A DNA stretch of 40,850 nucleotides from Paracoccaceae bacterium (GTDB lineage Bacteria; Pseudomonadota; Alphaproteobacteria; Rhodobacterales; Rhodobacteraceae), in NCBI GenBank assembly GCA_049696055.1, contig JBAVTI010000470.1:1-40850 (forward strand). The letters run 5' to 3'. The first letter of the stretch is position 1. Every line of letters starts with the position of its first letter. Below are positions 18,870 to 28,266 of the stretch, piece by piece. Made by a program: the position numbers and the translations under genes. The notes under the pieces were generated by a model that was not told the origin of the DNA, made no database searches, and worked only from the letters and a program-made list of their open reading frames with translations.

Positions 18870-19367
18870 ATGGCAGAGGGCAATGGTGCCGCTTCGGAAG
18901 GCGCGCCACAGATCAAGATGCAAGTGCTTGCGCAATTCGTGCGCGACATGTCGTTCGAGAATATGGTGGCGCAAAAAGGCCTGACAACAGGCGAAGTGCA
19001 GCCCGATATTCAGGTGGCTGTCAGTCTGGACGCGCGAAAGCGCCCGGCAGATTTTCAGTACGAAGTCATCACCAAGTTCAAAGTAACGTCGAAGAACAAG
19101 GTGAATGGCGATACGCTGTTCTTGCTTGAGGTTGATTACGGCGGGATCTTTCATGTTGAAGGCGTGGCGGACGAACAGTTGCACCCCTTCCTGTTGATCG
19201 AATGCCCACGTCTGCTGTTCCCTTTTGTGCGGCGGATCATTTCGGATGTAACACGCGATGGCGGCTTCCCGCCGCTGAATGTGGACACCGTGGATTTCCT
19301 TGCACTATATCGGCAAGAGCTTGCGCGTCGGGCTCAGACCCAACAAACAGAAACGCTCGTTTCCTAA
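18870..19367 (+). CDS. secB: Protein-export chaperone SecB
   Basis: 165 aa. AGGAGA SD. Conserved QFVRDMSFEN and CPRLLFPF motifs. Confidence 0.95.
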   Translation: MAEGNGAASEGAPQIKMQVLAQFVRDMSFENMVAQKGLTTGEVQPDIQVAVSLDARKRPADFQYEVITKFKVTSKNKVNGDTLFLLEVDYGGIFHVEGVADEQLHPFLLIECPRLLFPFVRRIISDVTRDGGFPPLNVDTVDFLALYRQELARRAQTQQTETLVS

Positions 19368-19464
19368 AACGGACAAGCGTCGGAGCTAAAGCACAATTTG
19401 CCCAAATACTGGCGAATTGTGCTAAGCAAAAGTTCGCTTTGGACAAGAGTGATACAAAAGCGGG

Positions 19465-20163
19465 CTAGTTCCGCTTGTTCCAAATTGCGCCGTCGCCCAA
19501 TTTACTAATAAAAATCATATGGATGGCGTTTTCTTCATCGGTAATCAGGGGCGGCAGAGGTATGGGCCGCGGGCCAGCGCGCCAAGAGGACTGGCTTGTG
19601 CTGATATCCTTGCTAGGAGCCGCCTGCGATGTGGCCAACGCAAAGTCTGGCTGGCGGCCGCCGATAAGTTCCAGATAAACCTCGGCCAAGATTTCGCTAT
19701 CGAGCAAAGCGCCGTGCTTTTCGCGTGAGGAGTTATCAACGCCAAAGCGACGGCAAAGCGCGTCGAGTGAGGCAGGAGAGCCGGGGAATTTCTTGCGGGC
19801 CATGAGAACAGTATCGAGGGCGCGATCATTTGGAAGAACCGGGAAGCTAGCCGATTTGAGTTCGGCGTTTAGGAATTTCATATCAAAAGCGGCATTGTGG
19901 ATGACAAGAATGTCGTCGCCGATGAAATCCAGAAAAGCTTGGGCAATGGCGCTGAAAAGGGGTTTGTCGCGCAGGAAGTCATCGCCAAGGCCGTGAACCT
20001 CGAACGCCTCTTTGGGCATCATGCGTTGAGGGTTGATATATTGGTGAAAGGTACGGCCTGTGGGCATGTGATTGAACAGCTCCACCGCGCCGATTTCAAC
20101 GATGCGGTGGCCTTCAGAAGGCTCAAACCCGGTGGTTTCGGTGTCGAGGACGATCTCACGCAT
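19465..20163 (-). CDS. dnaQ: DNA polymerase III epsilon subunit (3'-5' proofreading exonuclease)
   Basis: The track start at 20196 is TTG, so I trimmed to the ATG at 20163. Starts MREIVLDTETTG (ExoI motif). Also HNAAFD. Confidence 0.9.
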   Translation of the reverse strand: MREIVLDTETTGFEPSEGHRIVEIGAVELFNHMPTGRTFHQYINPQRMMPKEAFEVHGLGDDFLRDKPLFSAIAQAFLDFIGDDILVIHNAAFDMKFLNAELKSASFPVLPNDRALDTVLMARKKFPGSPASLDALCRRFGVDNSSREKHGALLDSEILAEVYLELIGGRQPDFALATSQAAPSKDISTSQSSWRAGPRPIPLPPLITDEENAIHMIFISKLGDGAIWNKRN

Positions 20164-20749
20164 TTCGGGTTTCCCGGATATAGGCAATGAGGGCAAGGAC
20201 GGCTTGGTGAGCCGCCTCTAACCCCAGAGTTTCGATGATATGGGTTGCGCGGGCGCGCTTTTCGGTATCGGGCATTTGACGCGACAAAATAGTGTGAAAC
20301 TGCGCTTCTGTCATACCAGGGCGAGCCATGACACGGGCGCGCTGCAGGGCCGGCGGTGCGGTAACAAGAAGTGTCGCATCAAGTTCGGTTTCCGTGCCTT
20401 TTTCAAACAGGATCGGGATGTCGAGGACCAGGATATCGGATTGCGCGCTGGCGAGAAAAACTGCGCGGTCTTTCGCAACCAGCGGGTGCACGATTGCCTC
20501 CAATGCGGCGAGGAACGCATGGTCCTGAGCAATTTTGTCTTTGAGGGCGAGGCGGTTAATCCCGCCATTCTCTAATGCGTCAGGACAAAGCGCCACGATC
20601 GGGGCAACCGCTGCGCCGCCAGCGGCATAGAGACGATGGACAGCGGCATCAGCATCCCAAACAGGGATGTATTCGGCCGCAAAGAATGCGGCTGTCGTGG
20701 ATTTACCCATGCCGATGGATCCGGTGAGGCCAAGGTAGAAAGGCTTCAT
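20156..20749 (-). CDS. coaE: Dephospho-CoA kinase
   Basis: Trimmed to the ATG at 20749 (ATGA overlap with the aroE stop). P-loop GLTGSIGMGKST. Confidence 0.9.
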   Translation of the reverse strand: MKPFYLGLTGSIGMGKSTTAAFFAAEYIPVWDADAAVHRLYAAGGAAVAPIVALCPDALENGGINRLALKDKIAQDHAFLAALEAIVHPLVAKDRAVFLASAQSDILVLDIPILFEKGTETELDATLLVTAPPALQRARVMARPGMTEAQFHTILSRQMPDTEKRARATHIIETLGLEAAHQAVLALIAYIRETRNA

Positions 20750-21585
20750 ATCCCAAGAACCGCTTTGCGTGTTGCATCGTCCACTTCGGGACGAACGCCA
20801 AACCAACGCTCGAATCCCGGGGCAGCCTGATGCAAAAGCATTCCTAAACCATCGACCACGATACAACCCGCCGCCTCAGCCTCGATCAAGAACTGGGTTT
20901 TGAGAGGTGTATAGACAAGGTCGGTGACAAGTGCGCGGGGGCTCAGAGCATCAAGTGGTACACGGAAATCGGATTTCCCAACCATACCCAACGAAGTGGT
21001 ATTGACGACGGTGGTTGCGTCTTCAAGCATATTGCCGGCCTGAACCCAGTCATAAATGATCACCTTTGCGCCGAAATCCGACCGCAATGCTTCAGCACGG
21101 GGGCGTGTGCGATTGGCCACACGAATTTCGGGCACTCCAACCTCGATCAAGGCCGCAATGACGGCGCGTGATGCGCCACCGGCACCAAAGACCGCTGCCG
21201 GGCCAGATTTCGGATTCCATTGCGGTGCATTCTGGCGCAAATTGGCGATGAAACCGGAGCCATCGGTATTGTCGGCATGGATACGGCCGTCTTTGCGGAA
21301 AATCAGCGTGTTGGCCGCACCGATAAGTGCAGCACGGTCTGTAATGATATCGGCCAAACCAAGAATTGTTTCCTTGTGGGGAATGGTCACATTCACCCCA
21401 ACAAAGCCAAGCCTTGGCAGCACATGCAGGGCTTCTTTCAGGTCGGCTTGGGCGATATCCATCGGGATGTAGTGCCCCTTGAGACCATAGCGCCGCAACC
21501 AATAGCCATGCAGCGCGGGCGACCGGCTGTGGGCGATGGGCGAACCAATGACGCCAGCAAGCGGGATGCGCGGATGATCTATCAT
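20746..21585 (-). CDS. aroE: Shikimate dehydrogenase
   Basis: 279 aa. [10 protein letters not shown] and NVTIPHK motifs. ATGA overlap with the maf stop. Confidence 0.9.
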   Translation of the reverse strand: MIDHPRIPLAGVIGSPIAHSRSPALHGYWLRRYGLKGHYIPMDIAQADLKEALHVLPRLGFVGVNVTIPHKETILGLADIITDRAALIGAANTLIFRKDGRIHADNTDGSGFIANLRQNAPQWNPKSGPAAVFGAGGASRAVIAALIEVGVPEIRVANRTRPRAEALRSDFGAKVIIYDWVQAGNMLEDATTVVNTTSLGMVGKSDFRVPLDALSPRALVTDLVYTPLKTQFLIEAEAAGCIVVDGLGMLLHQAAPGFERWFGVRPEVDDATRKAVLGI

Positions 21586-22181
21586 GTGGCGATGAATCCT
21601 CTTGTTCCCAGATAGGCAAGCAATGGCAAAAGCGGCAAACCCAGAACGGTAAAGTAGTCACCTTCGACCGATGTGAAAAGGCGGATACCTTCTTCCTCGA
21701 GCTTGTAGCCGCCAACCGAGTGACGAATGCTATCCCAATTCCTAGCTAGATATCCCTCTAGCCAGACCTCTGTAAAGTCTCGCATTGTCAGCGTGACCTT
21801 ACCAATATGCCGCCATACCGGCTTGCCATCTTCGTATACCACAATGGCAGAATACAGGTGGTGGATTTGACCGCGCATGGCGAGAAGTTGCTGTCGGGCA
21901 TCGGCAAGAGATTCCGGCTTGCCCCAAGAAGTACTGTTGAAATCGAGAACTTGATCGCAGCCCATAACAAGCGCACCGGGATGGCGTTCAGCAATTTTCC
22001 GGGCCTTCATCTCTGCTAAGGCATCGGCGACGTCACGAGGCTTGGACCCTTCGGATTCAAGCGACCGGCGAATAGATTCCTCATCGATCCGTGGCGAATG
22101 AGACATGACATCAAGCCCGGCGGCACGCAGAAGGTGCAGGCGAGTCGTCGAAGAAGAAGCGAGGATCAGGGCTTTTGACAT
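21582..22181 (-). CDS. maf: Maf-family nucleoside triphosphate pyrophosphatase
   Basis: 199 aa. N-terminus LILASSS..R..LL, plus GAYxxE-type C-terminal region ([10 protein letters not shown]). Confidence 0.9.
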   Translation of the reverse strand: MSKALILASSSTTRLHLLRAAGLDVMSHSPRIDEESIRRSLESEGSKPRDVADALAEMKARKIAERHPGALVMGCDQVLDFNSTSWGKPESLADARQQLLAMRGQIHHLYSAIVVYEDGKPVWRHIGKVTLTMRDFTEVWLEGYLARNWDSIRHSVGGYKLEEEGIRLFTSVEGDYFTVLGLPLLPLLAYLGTRGFIAT

Positions 22182-22192
22182 GTGGGTGAGGG

Positions 22193-22201
22193 TGTGGATA
22201 G
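22193..22201 (-). promoter_or_regulatory. DnaA-box-like 9-mer CTATCCACA (1 mismatch to TTATCCACA)
   Basis: The plus strand reads tgtggatag. Confidence 0.5.
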
Positions 22202-22232
22202 TCTTTGTTTGTTCCAGACAGTGAATTTGGGG

Positions 22233-22247
22233 GTAACCAATGGTTAA
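22233..22247. promoter_or_regulatory. CtrA-box-like site GTAAC-N5-GTTAA (minus strand TTAACCATTGGTTAC = TTAA-N7-TTAC)
   Basis: One mismatch to the TTAA-N7-TTAA/TTAAC-N5-GTTAA consensus. Contains the TTAACCAT 8-mer. Confidence 0.35.
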
Positions 22248-22294
22248 GACCTTGGTGGTCGGTGAAGGGGCGTGTTGTCAAGGCGACGGGGAAG

Positions 22295-22303
22295 TTATCC
22301 CCT
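22295..22303 (+). promoter_or_regulatory. DnaA-box-like 9-mer TTATCCCCT (2 mismatches); part of GTTATCCCC
   Basis: Read directly from the sequence. Confidence 0.4.
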
Positions 22304-22380
22304 TGGTGACGAGGATGGCCGACCTTATGGGAAAAGAATACTACTCACAGGGGGTGGAAGAAAATCTGCAACTTCGGATG

Positions 22381-22440
22381 AAGAATATTTCATGTTAACT
22401 AGTTGAAAAATATCATAAATACATGGATTTTCAACCGATT
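22381..22440. other. AT-rich tract, candidate DNA-unwinding element
   Basis: aagaatatttcatgttaactagttgaaaaatatcataaatacatggattttcaaccgatt. This is by far the most AT-rich 60 nt I saw in the window. Confidence 0.45.
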
Positions 22441-22459
22441 TTGCTTAGTTGTGCAAATC

Positions 22460-22468
22460 TTTTCCACA
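22460..22468 (+). promoter_or_regulatory. DnaA-box-like 9-mer TTTTCCACA (1 mismatch)
   Basis: Read directly. Convergent with the next box, 10 nt away. Confidence 0.5.
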
Positions 22469-22478
22469 GTGGTCGACC

Positions 22479-22487
22479 TGGGGATAA
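22479..22487 (-). promoter_or_regulatory. DnaA-box-like 9-mer TTATCCCCA (1 mismatch); part of GTTATCCCC
   Basis: The plus strand reads tggggataa. Confidence 0.5.
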
Positions 22488-22513
22488 CAGTGAGGAGAAG
22501 CGATGGCATTCAG

Positions 22514-22522
22514 TTATCCCCG
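22514..22522 (+). promoter_or_regulatory. DnaA-box-like 9-mer TTATCCCCG (2 mismatches); part of GTTATCCCC
   Basis: Read directly. Confidence 0.4.
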
Positions 22523-22593
22523 GCCCCTACATCATCATTTCTTTTAAATATTCTTCTTATTAAGAGAAGGAAGAGCAAAGCGAGACGAACAAG

Positions 22594-23043
22594 ATGATCG
22601 AGTTTCTGTCTGACTGGTATCCTTGGATCAAGGCCGTGCACGTGATGGCGGTGGTATCTTGGATGGCGGGATTATTCTATTTGCCCAGGTTGTTCGTGTA
22701 TCATGTTGAGCAAGTGCAGCCGGACTCAGCCAGCGATGCCATGTTTCAGGTGATGGAACGCAGGCTTTTGCGTGGGATCATGAATCCAGCGATGATAGCA
22801 GCTTGGTTGTTTGGGCTGTGCTTGGTTTTCACACCAGGTATTGTGGATTGGTCAATGGTCTGGCCGTGGGCAAAAGCGTTCTCTGTATTGGCAATGACCG
22901 CTTTTCACATGTGGCTGGCCGTTCGGCGCAAGGACTTTGTAGCGGGAAAGAACTTGTTTACCGGGCGACAGTTCCGGATGATGAATGAAGTGCCTACACT
23001 GTTGATGGTGGTAATCGTGATCGCTGTTATAGTGAAATTCTAA
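22594..23043 (+). CDS. hemJ: Protoporphyrinogen IX oxidase HemJ (UPF0093/CopD-like membrane protein)
   Basis: 149 aa with four predicted TM helices. The N-terminus WIKAVHVMAVVSWMAGLFYLPRLFVYH is typical of HemJ. Confidence 0.8.
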   Translation: MIEFLSDWYPWIKAVHVMAVVSWMAGLFYLPRLFVYHVEQVQPDSASDAMFQVMERRLLRGIMNPAMIAAWLFGLCLVFTPGIVDWSMVWPWAKAFSVLAMTAFHMWLAVRRKDFVAGKNLFTGRQFRMMNEVPTLLMVVIVIAVIVKF

Positions 23044-23178
23044 CGTCTGGATTGGGATTATTGACTTTCGTTGGAATGCGGCTTAGGTGCTGCGTGCAGG
23101 CCATTCGGCCGATGTGTTCCCTTTCCATATATCGCGCGGCTGCCGTTGAGGCGGCATGCCTAGGATGACTGAATTCCA

Positions 23179-24450
23179 ATGACCGTTGAACGCCTGAACT
23201 TAGCCGAACTAAAAGCCAAAACTCCTGCTGATCTACTAGCCATGGCTGAAGAGTGGGAGATCGAGAACGCGCCTTCGATGCGCAAGGGCGAGATGATGTT
23301 CGCGCTGCTGAAGGAGCACGCTGAAGATGGCTGGGAAATAGGTGGTGACGGTGTTCTAGAGGTCCTGCAGGACGGATTTGGCTTTTTGCGCAGCCCTTCG
23401 GCAAATTATCTACCAGGACCAGATGACATCTACGTGAGTCCGGATATCCTGCGGCAGTTCAGCCTGCGAACCGGTGATACCATTGAGGGTGTGATCGCCG
23501 CTCCACGCGAGAATGAGAAATATTTCTGTATGACTAAAGTCACCCGGATCAATTTTGATGATCCGGAAAAGGCCAAGCACAAAGTCCACTTCGATAACCT
23601 GACGCCGCTTTACCCTGACGAGAGATTCAAGATGGAGGTCGATGATCCGACCCTGAAGGATCGTTCCGCACGGATCATTGATCTGGTAGCGCCGATTGGT
23701 AAAGGCCAGCGTGGACTGATCGTGGCACCGCCGCGGACCGGTAAGACAGTGCTGTTGCAGAATATCGCGCACTCGATCGCGACTAACCATCCAGAGTGCT
23801 ATTTGATCGTGCTGTTGATCGACGAGCGGCCTGAAGAGGTGACGGATATGCAGCGCTCGGTGAAGGGCGAAGTTGTATCCTCGACGTTTGACGAGCCGGC
23901 TACGCGTCACGTTGCCGTGGCGGAGATGGTGATTGAAAAAGCCAAACGGCTTGTGGAACACAAGCGCGATGTCGTGATCTTGCTGGACTCGATCACCCGT
24001 CTGGGGCGGGCATTTAATACTGTGGTACCTTCGTCTGGCAAGGTTCTGACCGGCGGCGTGGATGCAAACGCCTTGCAGCGGCCGAAGCGGTTCTTTGGCG
24101 CGGCGCGGAATATCGAAGAGGGTGGGTCGTTGACCATTATCGCGACGGCACTGATCGATACCGGTAGCCGGATGGACGAGGTGATCTTTGAAGAATTTAA
24201 GGGCACAGGAAACTCTGAAATCGTACTTGATCGCAAAGTCGCCGATAAGCGTGTGTTCCCGGCAATGGATATTCTGAAGTCCGGAACGCGGAAAGAGGAT
24301 CTGTTGGTTGAAAAGACTGATTTGCAGAAGACATATGTTCTGCGGCGGATTCTGAACCCGATGGGGACAACGGACGCCATCGAATTCCTGATTTCTAAGC
24401 TGAAGCAAACCAAATCAAACGCTGAATTCTTTGATTCCATGAACACTTAA
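23179..24450 (+). CDS. rho: Transcription termination factor Rho
   Basis: 423 aa. Walker A APPRTGKT, plus an RNA-binding domain and the C-terminal [16 protein letters not shown]. Confidence 0.97.
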   Translation: MTVERLNLAELKAKTPADLLAMAEEWEIENAPSMRKGEMMFALLKEHAEDGWEIGGDGVLEVLQDGFGFLRSPSANYLPGPDDIYVSPDILRQFSLRTGDTIEGVIAAPRENEKYFCMTKVTRINFDDPEKAKHKVHFDNLTPLYPDERFKMEVDDPTLKDRSARIIDLVAPIGKGQRGLIVAPPRTGKTVLLQNIAHSIATNHPECYLIVLLIDERPEEVTDMQRSVKGEVVSSTFDEPATRHVAVAEMVIEKAKRLVEHKRDVVILLDSITRLGRAFNTVVPSSGKVLTGGVDANALQRPKRFFGAARNIEEGGSLTIIATALIDTGSRMDEVIFEEFKGTGNSEIVLDRKVADKRVFPAMDILKSGTRKEDLLVEKTDLQKTYVLRRILNPMGTTDAIEFLISKLKQTKSNAEFFDSMNT

Positions 24451-24479
24451 CTTCTGTCTTATCATTGGGTTAGCGGACT

Positions 24480-25766
24480 ATGGATACGATCTATGCCTTG
24501 GCCTCTGCGCGCGGCAAGGCCGGAATTTCTATTTTGCGGTTGTCTGGACCGAAGGCGCACAGTGCGGTGGCACTAATGGTTGGACAACTGCCAAAAATGC
24601 GGCACGCGACCTTGTGTCAATTGACGTGGCGTGGGGTTGAACTGGATCAAGGGCTAGTTCTGTTGTTTGCCGAAGGTGCAAGTTTTACTGGTGAGGCCGT
24701 GGCGGAACTGCATTTGCATGGTAGTACGGCCACGGTGAAGGCTGTTCTTTTTGCGCTGTCTGAGCAGCCCGGCTTGCGGATGGCCGAACCAGGTGAGTTT
24801 ACGCGGCGAGCTTTGGAAAACGGCTGTCTGGATCTGGCGCAAGTCGAGGGGTTGGCGGACCTAATCGATGCCGAAACCGAGGCGCAGCGGACGCAGGCGC
24901 TCAGAGTCCTTTCGGGAGCCGTGGGTAAACGAGCGGAGAGCTGGCGTCGTTCATTGATTCGGGCAGCTGCACTTCTGGAGGCAACGATTGATTTTGTTGA
25001 TGAAGATGTGCCGCTCGATGTGGTGCCGGAGGTTCTCGCACTGGTCGATAAATTGCTGGTTGAATTGCAGCGCGAAGCCGATGGTGCGCGAGTGGCAGAG
25101 CGTATTCGGGATGGCTTTGAGGTTGCGATTGTTGGTGCGCCCAATGCAGGAAAGTCTACATTGCTAAATGCTTTGGCGGGACGCGACGCTGCTATTACAT
25201 CTGACGTTGCAGGCACAACGCGGGACGTGATTGAGGTTCGGATGGACTTGAACGGCCTGGCGGTAACACTGCTGGATACGGCCGGATTGCGCGAAGCAAC
25301 TGATAGAGTTGAGGAAATCGGAATCGAGCGGGCCTTGGCGCGAGCAACCTCTGCTGATCTGCGCGTATTCGTTCAGGATGGCAATGACGCTTTCTTGGGT
25401 ATTGCCCCGTTGGTTGATGATATTGTTGTGCAGGGGAAAGCCGACCTCCGATCCACGGATGGAATGCGGATCTCTGGCCTGACGGGCGAGGGAATTGACA
25501 GTCTGGTTCGTTTGATTTCCGAAAAATTGTCGGAACGCACTTTGAACGTCGGCACATTCACGCGCGAAAGGCATAGGACGGCTATTCTGAAGGCAATCAG
25601 GGCTATGGAAGCTGCCCGAGAGGAAGTACAGATGGGGGCGACGCGCGTCGAAGTGGCTGCAGAGGAGTTGCGTAGTGCAATTCGAGCACTGGACTCGTTG
25701 GTAGGGCGCGTGGACGTGGAAAATCTGCTGGATGAGATATTCTCCAGCTTTTGTATCGGGAAATAG
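24480..25766 (+). CDS. mnmE: tRNA modification GTPase MnmE
   Basis: 428 aa. Starts MDTIYALAS and contains [12 protein letters not shown]. The C-terminal FCIGK motif is present. Confidence 0.95.
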   Translation: MDTIYALASARGKAGISILRLSGPKAHSAVALMVGQLPKMRHATLCQLTWRGVELDQGLVLLFAEGASFTGEAVAELHLHGSTATVKAVLFALSEQPGLRMAEPGEFTRRALENGCLDLAQVEGLADLIDAETEAQRTQALRVLSGAVGKRAESWRRSLIRAAALLEATIDFVDEDVPLDVVPEVLALVDKLLVELQREADGARVAERIRDGFEVAIVGAPNAGKSTLLNALAGRDAAITSDVAGTTRDVIEVRMDLNGLAVTLLDTAGLREATDRVEEIGIERALARATSADLRVFVQDGNDAFLGIAPLVDDIVVQGKADLRSTDGMRISGLTGEGIDSLVRLISEKLSERTLNVGTFTRERHRTAILKAIRAMEAAREEVQMGATRVEVAAEELRSAIRALDSLVGRVDVENLLDEIFSSFCIGK

Positions 25767-25769
25767 GAT

Positions 25770-25785
25770 TGTTTCACGTGAAACA
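25770..25785. promoter_or_regulatory. parS: parS site 1 (perfect TGTTTCACGTGAAACA)
   Basis: A 16-bp perfect palindrome equal to the conserved chromosomal parS consensus. It spans the mnmE-mnmG junction. Confidence 0.85.
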
Positions 25786-27643
25786 TTTTGATGTCGTAGT
25801 AATCGGAGGGGGTCATGCGGGCACGGAAGCAGCAGCTGCGTCCGCGCGCATGGGCGCGAAAACAGCGCTAGTCAGCTTTAAAAAGGCTGGAATCGGCGTA
25901 ATGTCATGCAATCCAGCGATTGGCGGCCTAGGGAAGGGCCATCTTGTTCGCGAGATTGACGCGATGGATGGCATCATGGGCCGGGCTGCGGATTTGGCGG
26001 GAATTCAGTTTCGGCTGCTTAATCGAAAAAAGGGACCGGCCGTTCAGGGGCCGCGCGCTCAAGCCGATAGAAGTCTTTATCGGGCAGCAATTCAGGATGC
26101 GTTGAGCGTTCAGCCTAACCTAAGCATTGTAGAGGGTGAAGTTGTTGATCTGATTGCTGAGGCCAATCAAGTTGAGGGTGTAATTCTTGCAGATGGCTCG
26201 GAAATCCGCGCCAAAGCAGTTGTTTTGACGGCCGGCACTTTTTTGAACGGATTGATTCACATTGGCGATGTGAGCCATTCGGGAGGTCGAATGGGTGATT
26301 CGCCGTCACTTGGGTTGGCCCAACGGCTTGGGGCACTCGGGCTGTCCCGCGGGAGATTGAAGACGGGCACGCCGCCGCGACTTGATGGCACCACGATCGA
26401 TTGGCAAAATCTTGAAATGCAACCCGGTGATGCCGAGCCGGTAATGTTCTCTTTTTTGAATAGGGCGCCAAGAGCCCGGCAAGTTTCCTGTGGCATAACT
26501 CATACGAACGAACGGACCCATGAAATAGTCCGAAAAAACCTGTTTCGATCCGCGATGTACGGCGGTCATATAGAGGGCGTTGGTCCCCGCTATTGTCCGT
26601 CGATTGAAGATAAGGTCGTGCGCTTTGCGGAGAAGGCCCAACATCAAGTCTTTCTTGAACCAGAAGGACTGAATGATACCACGGTTTATCCTAACGGGAT
26701 TTCAAGCTCGCTTCCGAAAGAGGTGCAAGAAGAATATGTGCGTTCAATTGCCGGCTTAGAGCATGTTCGGATAATTCAACCTGGATACGCGATAGAATAC
26801 GACTTCTTTGACCCGCGCGGACTTAAACCCACTCTTGAATTAAGGGACTATGGGGGTTTGTATTTTGCGGGTCAGATCAACGGAACAACAGGTTATGAAG
26901 AGGCGGCGGCACAGGGGCTTGTTGCCGGACTGAATGCAGCCTCGGCGGCGAAAGACCGAGAAAGAGTCTGTTTCAGTCGATCCGAGAGTTATATTGGCGT
27001 GATGATTGATGACTTGGTGACGCGAGGGGTAACTGAGCCCTATCGAATGTTTACGTCCAGAGCTGAATATCGTCTTACGCTCCGCGCCGACAATGCAGAC
27101 CAACGGCTTACATCGTTGGGCCATGATTCGGGGTGCGTTGGATTCGAGCGTATGGCGGCATTTCAAGCGAAAATTGAACAAATAAGCCGCGGAAAGACAG
27201 CGCTGCATTCGAGGACGTTAACGCCCAATGAGATTGATGCAGCAGGTGTAAAAGTGAGTCAAGACGGTGTCCGTCGATCTCTTTTTTCTCTGTTGGCGCT
27301 GCCAAACTCGCCCACAGAAGTAATTCGCGCTCTTTGTCCGGAGTATGCCTCATTGACCCCCGAGGTGCAGCTACAGATCTGGCGGGACGCGCTCTATTCG
27401 CAGTATATTGACAGGCAAGAGCAGGACGCCGCCGCTTTGCGCCGCGATGAGAGCGTTATGATACCCGAAGGGTTTGACTATTCATCCATTTCCGGCCTTT
27501 CCTCTGAATTGAAGGCAAAGCTGGCACGAGCAAGGCCTATAAACCTGCTTCAGGCAGGACGGTTAGAGGGCATCACGCCGGCGGCGCTCACGCTCATTCT
27601 TTCCCGTTTACGGCGCGGGATAAACCAAAAGGCTGCTGGATGA
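25778..27643 (+). CDS. mnmG: tRNA uridine 5-carboxymethylaminomethyl modification enzyme MnmG (GidA)
   Basis: The track start at 25751 is TTG and overlaps mnmE. I prefer the GTG at 25778 (AGGA 25765-25768, 9-nt spacing), which gives (M)[18 protein letters not shown]. The start is uncertain (alternatives TTG 25751 and TTG 25769). Confidence 0.9.
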   Translation: MKHFDVVVIGGGHAGTEAAAASARMGAKTALVSFKKAGIGVMSCNPAIGGLGKGHLVREIDAMDGIMGRAADLAGIQFRLLNRKKGPAVQGPRAQADRSLYRAAIQDALSVQPNLSIVEGEVVDLIAEANQVEGVILADGSEIRAKAVVLTAGTFLNGLIHIGDVSHSGGRMGDSPSLGLAQRLGALGLSRGRLKTGTPPRLDGTTIDWQNLEMQPGDAEPVMFSFLNRAPRARQVSCGITHTNERTHEIVRKNLFRSAMYGGHIEGVGPRYCPSIEDKVVRFAEKAQHQVFLEPEGLNDTTVYPNGISSSLPKEVQEEYVRSIAGLEHVRIIQPGYAIEYDFFDPRGLKPTLELRDYGGLYFAGQINGTTGYEEAAAQGLVAGLNAASAAKDRERVCFSRSESYIGVMIDDLVTRGVTEPYRMFTSRAEYRLTLRADNADQRLTSLGHDSGCVGFERMAAFQAKIEQISRGKTALHSRTLTPNEIDAAGVKVSQDGVRRSLFSLLALPNSPTEVIRALCPEYASLTPEVQLQIWRDALYSQYIDRQEQDAAALRRDESVMIPEGFDYSSISGLSSELKAKLARARPINLLQAGRLEGITPAALTLILSRLRRGINQKAAG

Positions 27644-28266
27644 TCATTAGAAGCGATGAACTGATGGAGGGCCTGAGTGTTTCACGTGAAACAATGGAGC
27701 GGCTGAAGAATCTGGTGACGTTGGTTGAGAAATGGAATCCTACAATAAACCTGATTGCAAAGTCGACGACAGGTGACGTTTGGGCGCGCCATATTTTGGA
27801 TTCTGCGCAGCTATACCTGCTTGCGCCTGAGGCCGCAACGCAGTGGGTTGATCTCGGTAGCGGTGGAGGGTTCCCTGGTTTGGTGATTTCTTGCATAGCA
27901 GCAGAAAAGCGGCCTCAAATGAATGTCACCCTTGTAGAGGCCGACCAACGCAAGGCTACCTTTCTTCGGCAGGCTGGTATGTCTTTGGGATTGAATCTCC
28001 GGGTTGTTGTTGCACGAATCGAGAGTGTGGAGCCGCTAAATGCCGAAATTATTTCAGCACGTGCTCTTGCGCCGCTTGATATTTTGCTTGGGTTTACATC
28101 ACGACACATGGCCGCGGATGGTCTTGCATTGCTCCAAAAAGGAGCAAATTACGCTGCTGAAATCACTGCCGCTCGTAAGAACTGGTCTATGTCCCTTGAG
28201 GCGGTGGCGAGCAAGACCGAACCAAACGCGGCCATCTTAGTCGTGAAGGCGCTTTCCCATGTCTGA
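27640..28266 (+). CDS. rsmG: 16S rRNA (guanine527-N7)-methyltransferase RsmG (GidB)
   Basis: 208 aa. VSRET motif and the SAM-binding [14 protein letters not shown] overlap with the mnmG stop. Confidence 0.93.
   Translation: MIIRSDELMEGLSVSRETMERLKNLVTLVEKWNPTINLIAKSTTGDVWARHILDSAQLYLLAPEAATQWVDLGSGGGFPGLVISCIAAEKRPQMNVTLVEADQRKATFLRQAGMSLGLNLRVVVARIESVEPLNAEIISARALAPLDILLGFTSRHMAADGLALLQKGANYAAEITAARKNWSMSLEAVASKTEPNAAILVVKALSHV
27678..27693. promoter_or_regulatory. parS: parS site 2 (perfect TGTTTCACGTGAAACA)
   Basis: Identical 16-mer, covering codons 13-18 of rsmG (SVSRET). Confidence 0.85.

Larger units (their letters stand above)
22182..22593. other. oriC: Probable chromosomal replication origin (oriC)
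   Basis: This is the largest non-coding gap in the window and is visibly AT-rich. Transcription diverges from it on both sides. It holds five DnaA-box-like 9-mers, an AT-rich tract, and has parS/parAB within about 6 kb. The neighbourhood is the classic alphaproteobacterial origin context (maf-aroE-coaE-dnaQ / rho-mnmE-mnmG-rsmG-parAB). Confidence 0.6.

Noticed and set aside
22403-22597. 64-aa ORF inside the putative origin
   Set aside because: It starts at a TTG with no SD and lies in the AT-rich, DnaA-box region. The sequence is hydrophobic and low-complexity and ends by overlapping the hemJ start. It is most likely not a gene.
22742-22757. parS-like TGTTTCAGGTGATGGA inside hemJ
   Set aside because: It has 4 mismatches to the 16-mer, three of them in one half-site, so it is only a half-site resemblance. 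The other GTGAAAC/GTTTCAC hits (for example near 20294 and 30497) are also single half-sites.
23410-24408. 332-aa minus-strand ORF opposite rho (also 23907-24446)
   Set aside because: Rho is unambiguous on the plus strand. The antisense product has no recognisable domain and no SD-supported start. It is a notably long shadow, but I see no independent evidence that it codes for protein.
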